From assembly GCA_965215265.1 (NCBI GenBank), contig OZ244048.1, positions 2,816,001 through 2,880,000 on the forward strand: a DNA stretch of 64,000 nucleotides, read 5' to 3'. This stretch comes from Candidatus Poribacteria bacterium. GTDB lineage: Bacteria; Poribacteria; WGA-4E; WGA-3G. Positions 1-9,273 of the stretch are shown here, one piece after another. The notes beneath the pieces were generated by a model that had not been told where the DNA came from, did not search any database, and worked only from the letters and a program-made list of their open reading frames with translations. The first letter of the stretch is position 1; every line of letters begins with the position of its first letter. The position numbers and the translations under genes are program-made.

Positions 1-436
1 CTATGCCCGGTTTTCCGGAGGGGTGCAGCGGAAATGCGAAGAATACGAGCCCGCGTACGTGTTCAATTGGCGCTTCTGCTGCGGTGTGGGAGGACATGCG
101 TCCACTATAGGAGTGCCCGCCGACAAGGAGCGATAATTCCGGTGCGGCCGCATGCGCTGCTGCTGCTGCTGCCCGGACGGTTGCTAACGCCACAGCTTGC
201 GATTCCCGTCCGCCACCACCTCGTTCCATATACGGAAATTGGTAACGAAACGTGGCGATGCCGCTATCTGCTAAGCGTTCAGCAATCGTATGAAGGGTGC
301 TATGGCGCATGTTTGTGCTCGCACCGTGTCCGAGAACAAGCAACCATGTTGCACTTTCCGGACGAATCAACAACGAAGAGACCTCGCCTTTTTCTTCGGT
401 TGCAACGAACTTTGATTCAATTGCTTCATAACTCAT
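1..436 (-). CDS. alpha/beta-fold hydrolase (KANL3/Tex30-like), runs off the window start
   Basis: Manual translation from ATG 436: MSYEAIESKF...LVLGHGAS...FRYQFPY...VGGHSYSGRMSS...GLVFFAFPLHPSGKP. Not in the ORF track because its stop lies outside the window. Confidence 0.8.
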   Translation of the reverse strand, partial: MSYEAIESKFVATEEKGEVSSLLIRPESATWLLVLGHGASTNMRHSTLHTIAERLADSGIATFRYQFPYMERGGGGRESQAVALATVRAAAAAAHAAAPELSLLVGGHSYSGRMSSHTAAEAPIEHVRGLVFFAFPLHPSGKPGI

Positions 437-481
437 TTTTTAAGCCTCTCAATTCTCTCCGCGTTCGAGGAGTGTGGAATT

Positions 482-588
482 GCTCTGGCAGCCTATTAGG
501 AACAGGCCTGCCGATGGTTGGGTTCTGGATAATCTCTCGGATAGCGAGTCTCCCGGCGCTGTGGAAACACGTGGCCCGGGGTGTTCAT
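482..588. ncRNA. candidate structured RNA or degenerate repeat, copy A
   Basis: Shares ordered blocks GCTSTGRCAGC, CTGCCGAYG, GATA, TCCCGG and CCGGGGYGTTCAT, and three hairpins, with 7465-7558. Confidence 0.4.
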
Positions 589-1220
589 AACCTATTGGCT
601 ACCCACCGGGTGCCGCGTCGGATAACCTCCTGAAAACTTGGGTTCTCCAGCACCGCCATATCGTGCCCGAGTGCAAAATAGAAGACTCGCCCTCGCCCAT
701 ATTGATGGTGAAATGCCATGACGTGTGTCTCATCTTTTGTCGCATCGTAAGCGTGCATGAGGTGGTGCGAAGCCGCTGGATCATGGTTGAGGTAGTAGAG
801 CTCATCCGTGACCTCAAAATCAGATAAGCCGTCCGTAATGGGATGCGTAGGATGACTGACGTTAACGGTAAAATCCATATAGGGGCTGTGTCCGTCGAAA
901 AATCCGTTAAGCATCTCGTGATAGCCGGTACATTCCCGGAAAGAGGCAGCCGCGGTGTGTAATCCGAAAAACCCGCCGCCTGCTCGGATATAGTATAACA
1001 ACGCTGATTCTTGCACTGCGGTGAGCTCACCCACATCGGTATAGAATAGCACGCCGTGATACGCACTGAGCCCGGCCGCAAGTACATCGTAGCCTCGCGA
1101 AAACGTGGCATCAATATCGTCGGTATCGTTGAGTAGTGCGGTTAGGAACTGCCCGTTCCCGGCATGATCGTGATAGATACCCTCTGTTCCAACAAAAACG
1201 AGTAATTTAAGAGTTTCCAT
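585..1220 (-). CDS. ThuA-like domain protein
   Basis: GGGFFGLHTA, EVTDELY, YGRGRVFYFALGHD motifs; start METLKLL after GAGG RBS. Confidence 0.85.
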   Translation of the reverse strand: METLKLLVFVGTEGIYHDHAGNGQFLTALLNDTDDIDATFSRGYDVLAAGLSAYHGVLFYTDVGELTAVQESALLYYIRAGGGFFGLHTAAASFRECTGYHEMLNGFFDGHSPYMDFTVNVSHPTHPITDGLSDFEVTDELYYLNHDPAASHHLMHAYDATKDETHVMAFHHQYGRGRVFYFALGHDMAVLENPSFQEVIRRGTRWVANRL

Positions 1221-1343
1221 GTTCACCTCATATATGGATTGGTTGGCAAAACATCTCATGCGTTCTTCTGACGGGTTAGCTCCGTTTCACTTTTCTTAAC
1301 ACATGCGGTGCCAGGAGCCTGCGAGAAAAACGTAGAGATTCTG

Positions 1344-2369
1344 CTATGGCAGGACAAGTACCTTAACGGAGCCGTGCTCGTCGCGTCCGGCTGCAACAGC
1401 GAACGCTTGGTTAATCTCGTCCAAAGGAAAGCGGTGTGTTACTAAAGGGGAGGGATCCAATTTGCCGGTGGCGAGTAAATCGATGGCGACTTGGAATTCG
1501 GTTTGTCCGCCTCGCCGTCCATAGCAAAAGGACCAAATGACGGTGAGTTCTCGGCTGCGTGCGAACCGTTCAGAAAAAGTCAAGGGTGTGCGATGCCCGC
1601 CTACCATGCAAACGCGTCCGCGTTTTGCTGCGATTTCTGTAGCGCGTTCCAAGGTATTCGCTGTCCCGCCGACTGCTTCAAAGACGACATCGGCCCCCCT
1701 GCCATCGCTCCATTCCAGCACTGCTTCGACGGCATCCATTGTGTCGACGTTAATAGGCAGTGCTCCGACGGCTTGCTGCGCGATGTGTAAGGGAGCGTCC
1801 GGCTTGCCTAAAATGGCGATAGATGTTGCGCCGGCGATGTCCGCGACCTGCGCGATTGTCAATCCGACGGGCCCGCTGCCAATGATAGCGACACGCTCAC
1901 CGGGGGAGACCATCGCTCTATTCACAGCGTGGACTGCCACGGCGTAAACTTCAACCAATGCCCCGCCTTCAGTGGAGACATCCTCGGGTAAGAGGTAAGC
2001 GTTTGATTCCCGGGCTACCATGAATTCTGCAAATCCGCCGCCGCCGTGTCGCAATTGACTGCAGATATTGTAGTAGCCATTCATGCATTCTGGGCAGGTA
2101 TTGCATGGCGTAATCGGCTCGACGGCAACCCGTTGGCCTATTTTGGCACCACTAATCCCTTTCCCGATATCAATAATTTGCCCTACCAACTCATGCCCGC
2201 CAATGCGTGGAGCCGTTGGCTTAGGGGGTTGATGATGGTATCCATGCAAGTCGCTGCCACAGATACCAGCCGCTTCAACTTGCACGAGTACCTGTCCAAC
2301 GTCAGGTGTGGGCTCGGGAACCGTTTCGACCCTGATGTCTTTGCCGCCGTAAAACTGTGCTGCTTTCAC
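1344..2369 (-). CDS. Zn-dependent alcohol dehydrogenase (MDR family)
   Basis: GICGSD, GHE, CxxCxxC..C structural Zn site, GSGPVG Rossmann motif. Confidence 0.9.
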   Translation of the reverse strand: MKAAQFYGGKDIRVETVPEPTPDVGQVLVQVEAAGICGSDLHGYHHQPPKPTAPRIGGHELVGQIIDIGKGISGAKIGQRVAVEPITPCNTCPECMNGYYNICSQLRHGGGGFAEFMVARESNAYLLPEDVSTEGGALVEVYAVAVHAVNRAMVSPGERVAIIGSGPVGLTIAQVADIAGATSIAILGKPDAPLHIAQQAVGALPINVDTMDAVEAVLEWSDGRGADVVFEAVGGTANTLERATEIAAKRGRVCMVGGHRTPLTFSERFARSRELTVIWSFCYGRRGGQTEFQVAIDLLATGKLDPSPLVTHRFPLDEINQAFAVAAGRDEHGSVKVLVLP

Positions 2370-2405
2370 AATCGTTCTCCTCTGCCAAGGTTAGTCATCT
2401 AATTG

Positions 2406-2484
2406 CAATATAGCACACTGATAAAATGCTGTCAAGAGATTTTATAGAATTTTGCTTGACTTCGAAAGTAGAATTCCGTAAAAT
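2406..2484. promoter_or_regulatory. divergent sigma70-type promoters
   Basis: Minus strand TTGACA-N17-TATATT; plus strand TTGACT-N17-TAAAAT. Confidence 0.6.
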
Positions 2485-2518
2485 TTAATAGAACGCGAAT
2501 CCAAAAAGAGGAGATGAA

Positions 2519-3577
2519 ATGCGAACAGTAAAATTAGGTTTAATAGGTGCGGGTGGTATCGCGCAAGCGCATTGCGGAACGCTTGCGAACATTGAAGGTG
2601 CGGAGCTTATCGCAGCGGCGGACCTGGTGCCAGCGAACTTGGCGCGTGCCAAGGAACGGTGGGGCATAAAACAGACATTTACCGATTACAATGAGATGCT
2701 CAAAATGGACGAAATTGAGGCGGTCTACGTCTGTACTCCGACCGGTGTGCATGCAGCGCCGACTGTTGCGGCGTTGAACGCAGGAAAACACGTTTTTTGC
2801 GAAAAGCCGATGGAGGCGACGTTGGACGCAGCGGCAGCAATGTGGCGTGCGTCACAAGAAAGCGGTAAGATTTTAATGGTCGGGCTCAAACTCCGTTATT
2901 CGGCCGAGGTCATCAAGGCGAAGGAGATTGTTGACGCTGGTACACTCGGCGATATCTACTACGTTGAAACCGTAGCAGATAGGCGGCGTGGCAACCCCGG
3001 TGGCAGTTTTATCCGTAAAGCGACAGCCGGTTTAGGCGCATCGGCAGACATCGGTGTTTACGCCTTGGATACCGCGCTCTATCTGATGGGACATCCAGCA
3101 CCGGTTGCTGTTTCCGGCATCACCTCAAATTATCTCAGTCTGCATAATACGTGGAATCCGGCCCTCCGGGAAACCGAAGTAGAAGATTTCGGAGTCGGCT
3201 GGGTCGTGTTTGAAAACGGTGCGCGCATGGTGTTCAAAACGTGCTGGTGCATGAATATGGACTCCCTCGGTGGCACGATTTTCCTCGGTAAAAAAGCAGG
3301 ACTCCGTCTCGGTATTGGTGAAGTGCGGGGTCCACAAGACGGCGTGCGGGTTTACGGCGACAAAGATGGCGACATCTACGATCAGGAATTTACGGAGTTT
3401 GACTCCGTTGACGTGTTTCGTGCGGAAGATACTGCGTTCGTTGACGCAGTGCGTGAGGGTAAACCTTCCCCTATAGATGCGTACGGCGTGATGCTCACCA
3501 ATGTTATCATTCAAGGTGTCATCGATTCTTCTGAGGCCGGCGGACGTGAAGTTGCAGTGGCGGTGCCGACATTGTAG
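2519..3577 (+). CDS. Gfo/Idh/MocA family oxidoreductase
   Basis: GAGGIA, AGKHVFCEKPM motif; AGGAG RBS. Confidence 0.9.
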   Translation: MRTVKLGLIGAGGIAQAHCGTLANIEGAELIAAADLVPANLARAKERWGIKQTFTDYNEMLKMDEIEAVYVCTPTGVHAAPTVAALNAGKHVFCEKPMEATLDAAAAMWRASQESGKILMVGLKLRYSAEVIKAKEIVDAGTLGDIYYVETVADRRRGNPGGSFIRKATAGLGASADIGVYALDTALYLMGHPAPVAVSGITSNYLSLHNTWNPALRETEVEDFGVGWVVFENGARMVFKTCWCMNMDSLGGTIFLGKKAGLRLGIGEVRGPQDGVRVYGDKDGDIYDQEFTEFDSVDVFRAEDTAFVDAVREGKPSPIDAYGVMLTNVIIQGVIDSSEAGGREVAVAVPTL

Positions 3578-3628
3578 CCATTAACATTTCAGGGTTCTAA
3601 ACAGACCCAAAATGGACACTCCGATGAG

Positions 3629-4792
3629 ATGCCGCAGCGCCGGTTAAAAACAGCATCTATCAAAGGCTTCTAGCAATTTTAGTCATGGCGGTTTATACAG
3701 TAAAGATTCTCGTCAGTTTTTTACGTTCTTCTACAAGTAGGCGGCTGGATTGCTTTTGCGGGCTTAACTTTCGCTTTGTGGAAATTAGGTCCCCGCAACG
3801 GGTTTCAACGCGGAACATTGATTATCGCTCAACTGCTGCTGCTGCTGCTAACCTTTCTTACAATAGAGGTAGACGGACAGTCTTACTCCGACATTCTTCC
3901 CGGACTAGCGTTCATGTCATGGTGCCTCGGCTTACTTTTCATGGATGGTTTCCGAAATGGACAAGGCATTGGCAAAAAGTTACTCTCCTTACAAGTTATC
4001 CGGTTGAAAGATGGAAAACCGGGAACTCTCAAGGACTCTTTCATCCGCCGACTTACAGGTTTTTTCCAACCGTTAGACCTGATCTGGGGTTTTGGAAGAA
4101 AACGGCAGCGGATAGGGGATAAGTTCGCAGAAACGGTTGTTGTTAAATTAGAAGAAGAGTGGGAAGAGGCATCAGACGCAGAAGAAACCGAGGATGCCGA
4201 AAAGGTCTTAGAGGATGTCCTCCTTGGTATGAAAAACCAACTCGCTCAAGCAAAGCTGAAAGTTGATGCTTCAATAGCTATTGAAACACAGTTTCGAAAT
4301 GCGTACGAAGGTTCCCTCGCGCAAGTGAAGCAGTGTGAGGAGCGCGCAACGATTGCCATTCAGGCAGGACGCGAAGAATTCGCCCGGGAAGATTTGGCAC
4401 AGCGGAATGAACACCGACGATTGGCACATGAATATAAAACCCAATGGGAGGAACAGAAACAGGTTGTGCAGCATCTCCGAACACTCCTTGAAACCCTCGA
4501 GCAGAAGACCGCGGAAACCCAGAGAAAGCAGGATGTTATCATCGCACAACACAGAAACATAGATGCGCAAGAGCATCTCCGCCAAATGTTAACGGAACTG
4601 CAAGACAATCCCGCTTTGGAGAATCTAGAACAACTAGAGCAAGATGCTGCGGAGGCCACGCTCTTAGCAAAAGCGGCAACGGCAGCGGACCTCGATTTTC
4701 AGACAGAAAGACGCAACCAGGAGTTTGTAGACGCTGCTGATGAAGCGTCCATTGATAAGGAAATTGCTGATATAAAGGCGACATTGCAGTAG
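3629..4792 (+). pseudogene. RDD-domain/PspA(IM30) fusion with an apparently frameshifted 5' end (intact ORF from 3776)
   Basis: RDD motifs GQGIGKKLLSLQV and RQRIGDKFAETVVV, then PspA-like coiled coil (AIQAGREEFARE). The RDD start 'KTASI/YQRLLAILV' is split over frames at about 3655-3725. Confidence 0.6.
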
Positions 4793-4823
4793 GCATGGCT
4801 GAAGTGGCAGGATAGGTATCATC

Positions 4824-6326
4824 ATGGAAAAACAGAAATTGCCAAACATTGTCTTTATTATGGCAGACGATATGGGATACGGGGATGTCGGATGTTACAA
4901 TCCGGACTCGAAAATCCCTACCCCTAATATGGACAGGCTGGCTGAGGAGGGCATCCGTTTTACCGATGCACACTCCCCCTCCGCCGTCTGTACGCCAACG
5001 CGATACGGAGTCTTAACGGGGAGGTACTGCTGGCGGAGCCGCCTCAAACATGGCGTGCTTTACGGTTATGAACCGCCCTTAATAGAATCCGGGCGTTTGA
5101 CAGTGGCAGGTATGCTGAAAGATGCAGGGTACAACACTGCATGCATCGGCAAGTGGCACCTGGGGCTCGGTTTTTCGACGGTAGCTGGCTACGATTTCGA
5201 TTTCGAGGCACCGCTGCCGTGGCAGAATGCGGGCCGTGAGTTGGAGGAACATATCGACTTCACTGAACCGGTGACAGGCGGCCCCGTTGAGCTCGGGTTT
5301 GACTATTTCTACGGCAACTCTGGGTGCCCGACGTGTCAGCCACCTTACGGCTTCATTGAAAATGATAGGTTTGTGGAAATCCCAAACGAGTATCGCGACG
5401 TTGCAGAATTTACGAGTCGCCCCGGCATGACAGCACCGAATTGGGAACACAAAAACGCAGATCCGATTATTGCGCGAAAGGCAGTGGAATATATCGAGGG
5501 GCAAGCCGATGCAGAAGCCCCCTTTTTTCTTTATCTGATGCCATCTGCTCCGCATGAGCCTTGCACTGAGGCTGTAGTGCCAGAATTTGCACATGGCCAG
5601 AGCAGCGCGGGGCCCCGCGGGGATCTTGTCTGGCTTGTCGACTGGATGGTAGGACAGGTGATGGCGGCCTTGGAACGTACTGCAAAAACGGATGAGACGC
5701 TCATCTTTGTCACAAGCGATAACGGTGCCCTCCCCGGCGACCGGATCCAAGGCGATACAGGTCCGATGCCGTATCATCTCTATGAACATAAGTCGTGTGG
5801 GGATTGGCGGGGTTACAAGGCACATATCTGGGAAGGTGGGCATCGCGAACCCTTAATTGCACGCTGGCCGGGTGTTATCGCGCCGAATACGCAGACCGAT
5901 GCCTTAACCTGCCTGACGGATTTAATGGCGACGTGTGCTGCTGTTGTCGGAAAAGAGATACCTGAGGATGCAGGACAGGATAGTTGCAACATTTTACCGG
6001 CACTGCTAGGCAAGGAGACAGCACATCCGTTGCGAGAGACTATTGTACATCATTCCAGTACCGGCGTTTTTTCTATCCGACACAACGAATGGAAATTGAT
6101 TCTGGAGACGCAAGGGTCCGGGGGCTGGCCGCCACCCCGTGATGGGCATCCGACACCGGGAACGCCAGGGCAATTGTATCATATTTATGATGACCCCGGA
6201 GAAAGGAATAACCTATGGGAGGAGTCGCCGGAAATTGTGAGACAGTTGGAGGCGTTGCTGGAAAGATATAAAGAGCAAGGACATAGCAGATTTCACACGG
6301 TAAACAGTAATAGAATTATAGACTGA
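4824..6326 (+). CDS. arylsulfatase (Cys-type)
   Basis: NIVFIMADDMG, CTPTR, GKWHLG, SDNG. Confidence 0.92.
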   Translation: MEKQKLPNIVFIMADDMGYGDVGCYNPDSKIPTPNMDRLAEEGIRFTDAHSPSAVCTPTRYGVLTGRYCWRSRLKHGVLYGYEPPLIESGRLTVAGMLKDAGYNTACIGKWHLGLGFSTVAGYDFDFEAPLPWQNAGRELEEHIDFTEPVTGGPVELGFDYFYGNSGCPTCQPPYGFIENDRFVEIPNEYRDVAEFTSRPGMTAPNWEHKNADPIIARKAVEYIEGQADAEAPFFLYLMPSAPHEPCTEAVVPEFAHGQSSAGPRGDLVWLVDWMVGQVMAALERTAKTDETLIFVTSDNGALPGDRIQGDTGPMPYHLYEHKSCGDWRGYKAHIWEGGHREPLIARWPGVIAPNTQTDALTCLTDLMATCAAVVGKEIPEDAGQDSCNILPALLGKETAHPLRETIVHHSSTGVFSIRHNEWKLILETQGSGGWPPPRDGHPTPGTPGQLYHIYDDPGERNNLWEESPEIVRQLEALLERYKEQGHSRFHTVNSNRIID

Positions 6327-6390
6327 AGTTAACCAAAAGTCCACCAAAAGTCAGGGAACACAACTGCGAATTATACAAGGAGCCACACCG

Positions 6391-7221
6391 ATGGCAAATT
6401 CACTCTTCCGTTTATCTGCGCCTTCATCAACAGATATTGATTCCTTTCATAAGGACGGCTACATCGCGTATCGTGACGTTCTCACCGATGAGGCTAGGGA
6501 AGGTCTGATTGATGAAATTCTGCACCGTTTTGAACCGACGCGCCGATACATCAAAACGTTGGAACAAGTACCTGACCCGCCGCGCGCCTATTTCATTCGG
6601 CCGTGGAACGAACGGCGTGAGTACAGCGATGGACTGATCGACGATGTGTTCATCACATCCCTGCTATGTGCTACTATCGGTGCCGATTACCACTTCTGTC
6701 ACTCCGCGCTCAACATCGCGCCGCGCGGCATCGGTCCAATTCCGTATCATCAAGATCATCATCATTGGAAGCACGAAAACCCGGTTAACCTTGCCGAACG
6801 CGACAAGTACTATGTGCAGATTCTCTACTACCCTAACGGCTTTACGCTCGGAGACCGGAATCTCAAAGTGATACCGGGCAGCCATAAAGTTGCGCCCACG
6901 AAAGAAGCGACCCCGGAACGGATGCTTGCCGGTGAATTCGACGAAGAGGTGGGTCGTAAATTAGAAGAGAAACGGCTCGAATTACCACCGGGGAGTATGG
7001 TTTACATAGACGCACGCATCTTTCATGCCGTCGAGCCGAAGCCGGTTGATTCTCCACAACCTTACCGCCTTTTCACCATCGACATCTTCAAAGAGGTAGG
7101 CCCTCCGCACCGTTATACACAGGAGATCCCCGCAGAATGGATGGAGCGTGCTACACCGGAACGGTTGAAGCTGTTTCAACGTGAGGCGTATACGGAAGGG
7201 TGTTGGAATCCAATATCATAG
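6391..7221 (+). CDS. phytanoyl-CoA dioxygenase (PhyH) family 2OG-Fe(II) oxygenase
   Basis: HQD, IPGSH and distal His (IFH). Confidence 0.85.
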   Translation: MANSLFRLSAPSSTDIDSFHKDGYIAYRDVLTDEAREGLIDEILHRFEPTRRYIKTLEQVPDPPRAYFIRPWNERREYSDGLIDDVFITSLLCATIGADYHFCHSALNIAPRGIGPIPYHQDHHHWKHENPVNLAERDKYYVQILYYPNGFTLGDRNLKVIPGSHKVAPTKEATPERMLAGEFDEEVGRKLEEKRLELPPGSMVYIDARIFHAVEPKPVDSPQPYRLFTIDIFKEVGPPHRYTQEIPAEWMERATPERLKLFQREAYTEGCWNPIS

Positions 7222-7368
7222 GTGTCACTTTAGGACACATTTGTGTCTATCATTTGAATTTCTCATAAGAGCAGCAGTCTAACACATCTCAAAGAAAATG
7301 TCCATATATTTTTAGGGTTTACTATAAGCCTCTTGTAAAGGAATATCCAATGCTGGATATAATAATCT

Positions 7369-7560
7369 GGGTCTAGAACGGGTTTGACACCGGCGAGGAC
7401 GTTGAGTTGGGTTCCGTTATTCCTATTTTTAGGAATTGTTTGGGCAACTCTCTTCCACTTGTCCGCTGTGACAGCTCTGTATCCGCTAGCACAATGAGCT
7501 GCCGACGATACACCCCGCCCTAGGGGGTTATCCCGGAGCATCTCTCCGGGGCGTTCATGA
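7369..7560. ncRNA. candidate structured RNA, copy B (shared core 7465-7558)
   Basis: Hairpin-rich gap between convergent genes; TATAAT at 7358-7363 just upstream on +; shares blocks with 482-588. Confidence 0.4.
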
Positions 7561-7596
7561 ATTCACCGTGTTTTTCGGTGTTTTCGTATCAAGATA

Positions 7597-8280
7597 TTAT
7601 TGTTCGGCTTTCCAAGCGTTGTAGGTATCCCCATGGATGTGATGAAACTCTCGCCAAGACGAAATGCCGTATTTTGCCAAGAGGGCCGAAAGTTCATTAG
7701 AAAGGCGCTGGCGTTCGTCTTGAAGTTCGAAAGTTTGCTCTTTTACACTCTCTTTCCACGCGTGTATTTCATCAATTTCAGCATGCAACGCTTGTCGCTC
7801 CGGACCATCGGCAGAAACAGGCAATTCACGTAAAAGAATGTCTCTTATCCGGTCGCTGCCCCAATGGTGTCTGTCAATTAGTGGACCGAGAACCTTAGAA
7901 ACTTCACTTATTGCCTCCTGAAGCGGTGCGTATTCTGAAAAGAGGGCTTCTAGTTCTGGGGAAAGTCCAGCCGCCTCCGGTTCTTGTATCTGTTCAACAA
8001 TCTCATCTTCAAAAACCGAGTCAGTCGTTTCGGTGTCTCTGATTTTTTCCGGTACAGCTGCGGGTGTTTCGTGTATGTCTTCCAACACCTCGACTTCCGG
8101 TTCATCAGGTGCAAGGTTTTCGGGTTTTTCGGCGTGCGTGGGCACTTTATTTACGTGCTGCGTGGGGGCTGGGAGTTTGGGCAGGCTTTCTTCAAACTGC
8201 CTTTTTTCACGTTCTAAGAAGAGCACCCAGCCTACTAACATCAGCACAAAGACAATACCTCCTAAAATGAGTTTTCGCAT
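7597..8280 (-). CDS. hypothetical membrane-anchored protein (N-terminal TM, acidic linker, helical domain)
   Basis: Start MRKLILGG after GGAG; the longer ORF-track start overlaps the FGE-domain gene. Confidence 0.75.
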   Translation of the reverse strand: MRKLILGGIVFVLMLVGWVLFLEREKRQFEESLPKLPAPTQHVNKVPTHAEKPENLAPDEPEVEVLEDIHETPAAVPEKIRDTETTDSVFEDEIVEQIQEPEAAGLSPELEALFSEYAPLQEAISEVSKVLGPLIDRHHWGSDRIRDILLRELPVSADGPERQALHAEIDEIHAWKESVKEQTFELQDERQRLSNELSALLAKYGISSWREFHHIHGDTYNAWKAEQ

Positions 8281-8404
8281 GGAGAATCTCCTGTTTTTTG
8301 TCAACGGTAGCGATAAGGGTGCCTTGGTGTGAAAGGACTTATCCCCATCTCGCCAGAGCCACTTTGGCCAAGGTGCCTCCGATGGGGCTGCACCCCAAAG
8401 AAAC

Positions 8405-9184
8405 CTAATCTTTATCCTTTGCACATCGGAAACCGAGGGTATAGTACCGGTGGATTGGCACGGCACGCTCTCGGAACGTGGATCGGAGTTGCAACCGGGT
8501 AGCATTCCACCCGCCGCCGCGATGTGCCTTCTTTTCGCCGTCGCCATCGGCACACCACTCGGCGACGCTCCCCGCCATATCCAAGGCACCATACGGACTC
8601 GCACCTGTCGGGAAGCTGCCCACGGGCAAAAGCTTCTGATGATGTGGGAAGTAGTTGAGTTTAGAAAAGTCAAACTCATTCCCCCACGGGTAGAGGCGTG
8701 CGTCGGTGCCTCGAGCCGCTTTCTCCCACTCCGCTTCGGTAGGGAGCCGTTTCCCTGCCCATTTGGCGTAAGCCGCTGCCTCATACCAACTCACACCGAT
8801 GACGGGATGGTCTGGGGCGGTAGAGACACTATTTCTCCCAAACGCGAGTGGTTTGTCTACGCGATATGTTTGCTTGCCGGGGTGGACATAGTAAAACCGT
8901 TTTTTCTGTATGAAATCCCACCCGGCCTTCGTCCAATACTTCCGTTTGTTGTAGCCGTCGGCTTGGATGAACGCCTCAAATTGAGCATTGGTGACTTCCT
9001 GCTTGTCAATATAGAAAGCATCCACGTGAACTTTGCGTGCAGGTTGTTGGTTAGGCGGTGCTTGCGACTCATCGGTTCCCATCGTAAACTCGCCTGCAGG
9101 CACCAGCACCATGCCTTTTGGGGGTTCACTCACCGCAAGCCCTGGTGCCATCATTATCAATAGAAAAAGGATTCTCCGTTTCAT
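8405..9184 (-). CDS. secreted FGE-sulfatase (SUMF1) domain protein
   Basis: Signal peptide, GEFTMG, EVTNAQF, RLPTEAEWEKAARG, YPWG, DMAGSVAEW, GFRC. Confidence 0.9.
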   Translation of the reverse strand: MKRRILFLLIMMAPGLAVSEPPKGMVLVPAGEFTMGTDESQAPPNQQPARKVHVDAFYIDKQEVTNAQFEAFIQADGYNKRKYWTKAGWDFIQKKRFYYVHPGKQTYRVDKPLAFGRNSVSTAPDHPVIGVSWYEAAAYAKWAGKRLPTEAEWEKAARGTDARLYPWGNEFDFSKLNYFPHHQKLLPVGSFPTGASPYGALDMAGSVAEWCADGDGEKKAHRGGGWNATRLQLRSTFRERAVPIHRYYTLGFRCAKDKD

Positions 9185-9273
9185 TATCAAACTCCTTTTG
9201 CATACATTGTGCCACTTTCAGTAAAAACCTTAGAAAAATCTGAAAACGGTTGCTTACCCGACTCCGTTAGTAA

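Noticed and set aside
156-172. (GCT)n triplet run, also near 3833-3848
   Set aside because: In-frame poly-Ala and poly-Leu codons; not frameshifting contingency loci.
482-588. glmS ribozyme or SAH/cobalamin riboswitch (CTCCCGG..GTTCAT, CTGCCGA)
   Set aside because: Core motifs (GACGAGG, GAGGRGCGCTGC, B12 box context) are missing.
34-633. 199-aa plus-strand ORF
   Set aside because: Shadow of the minus-strand alpha/beta hydrolase; no recognisable motifs.
7369-7395. GGGTCTAGAACGGGTTTGAC resembles a tmRNA 5' end
   Set aside because: No tRNA-like 3' end with T-loop and CCA, no tag ORF, and the region is too short.
8281-8784. N-terminal extension of the 395-aa ORF
   Set aside because: Overlaps the FGE-domain gene in another frame; a better RBS and start lie at 8280.
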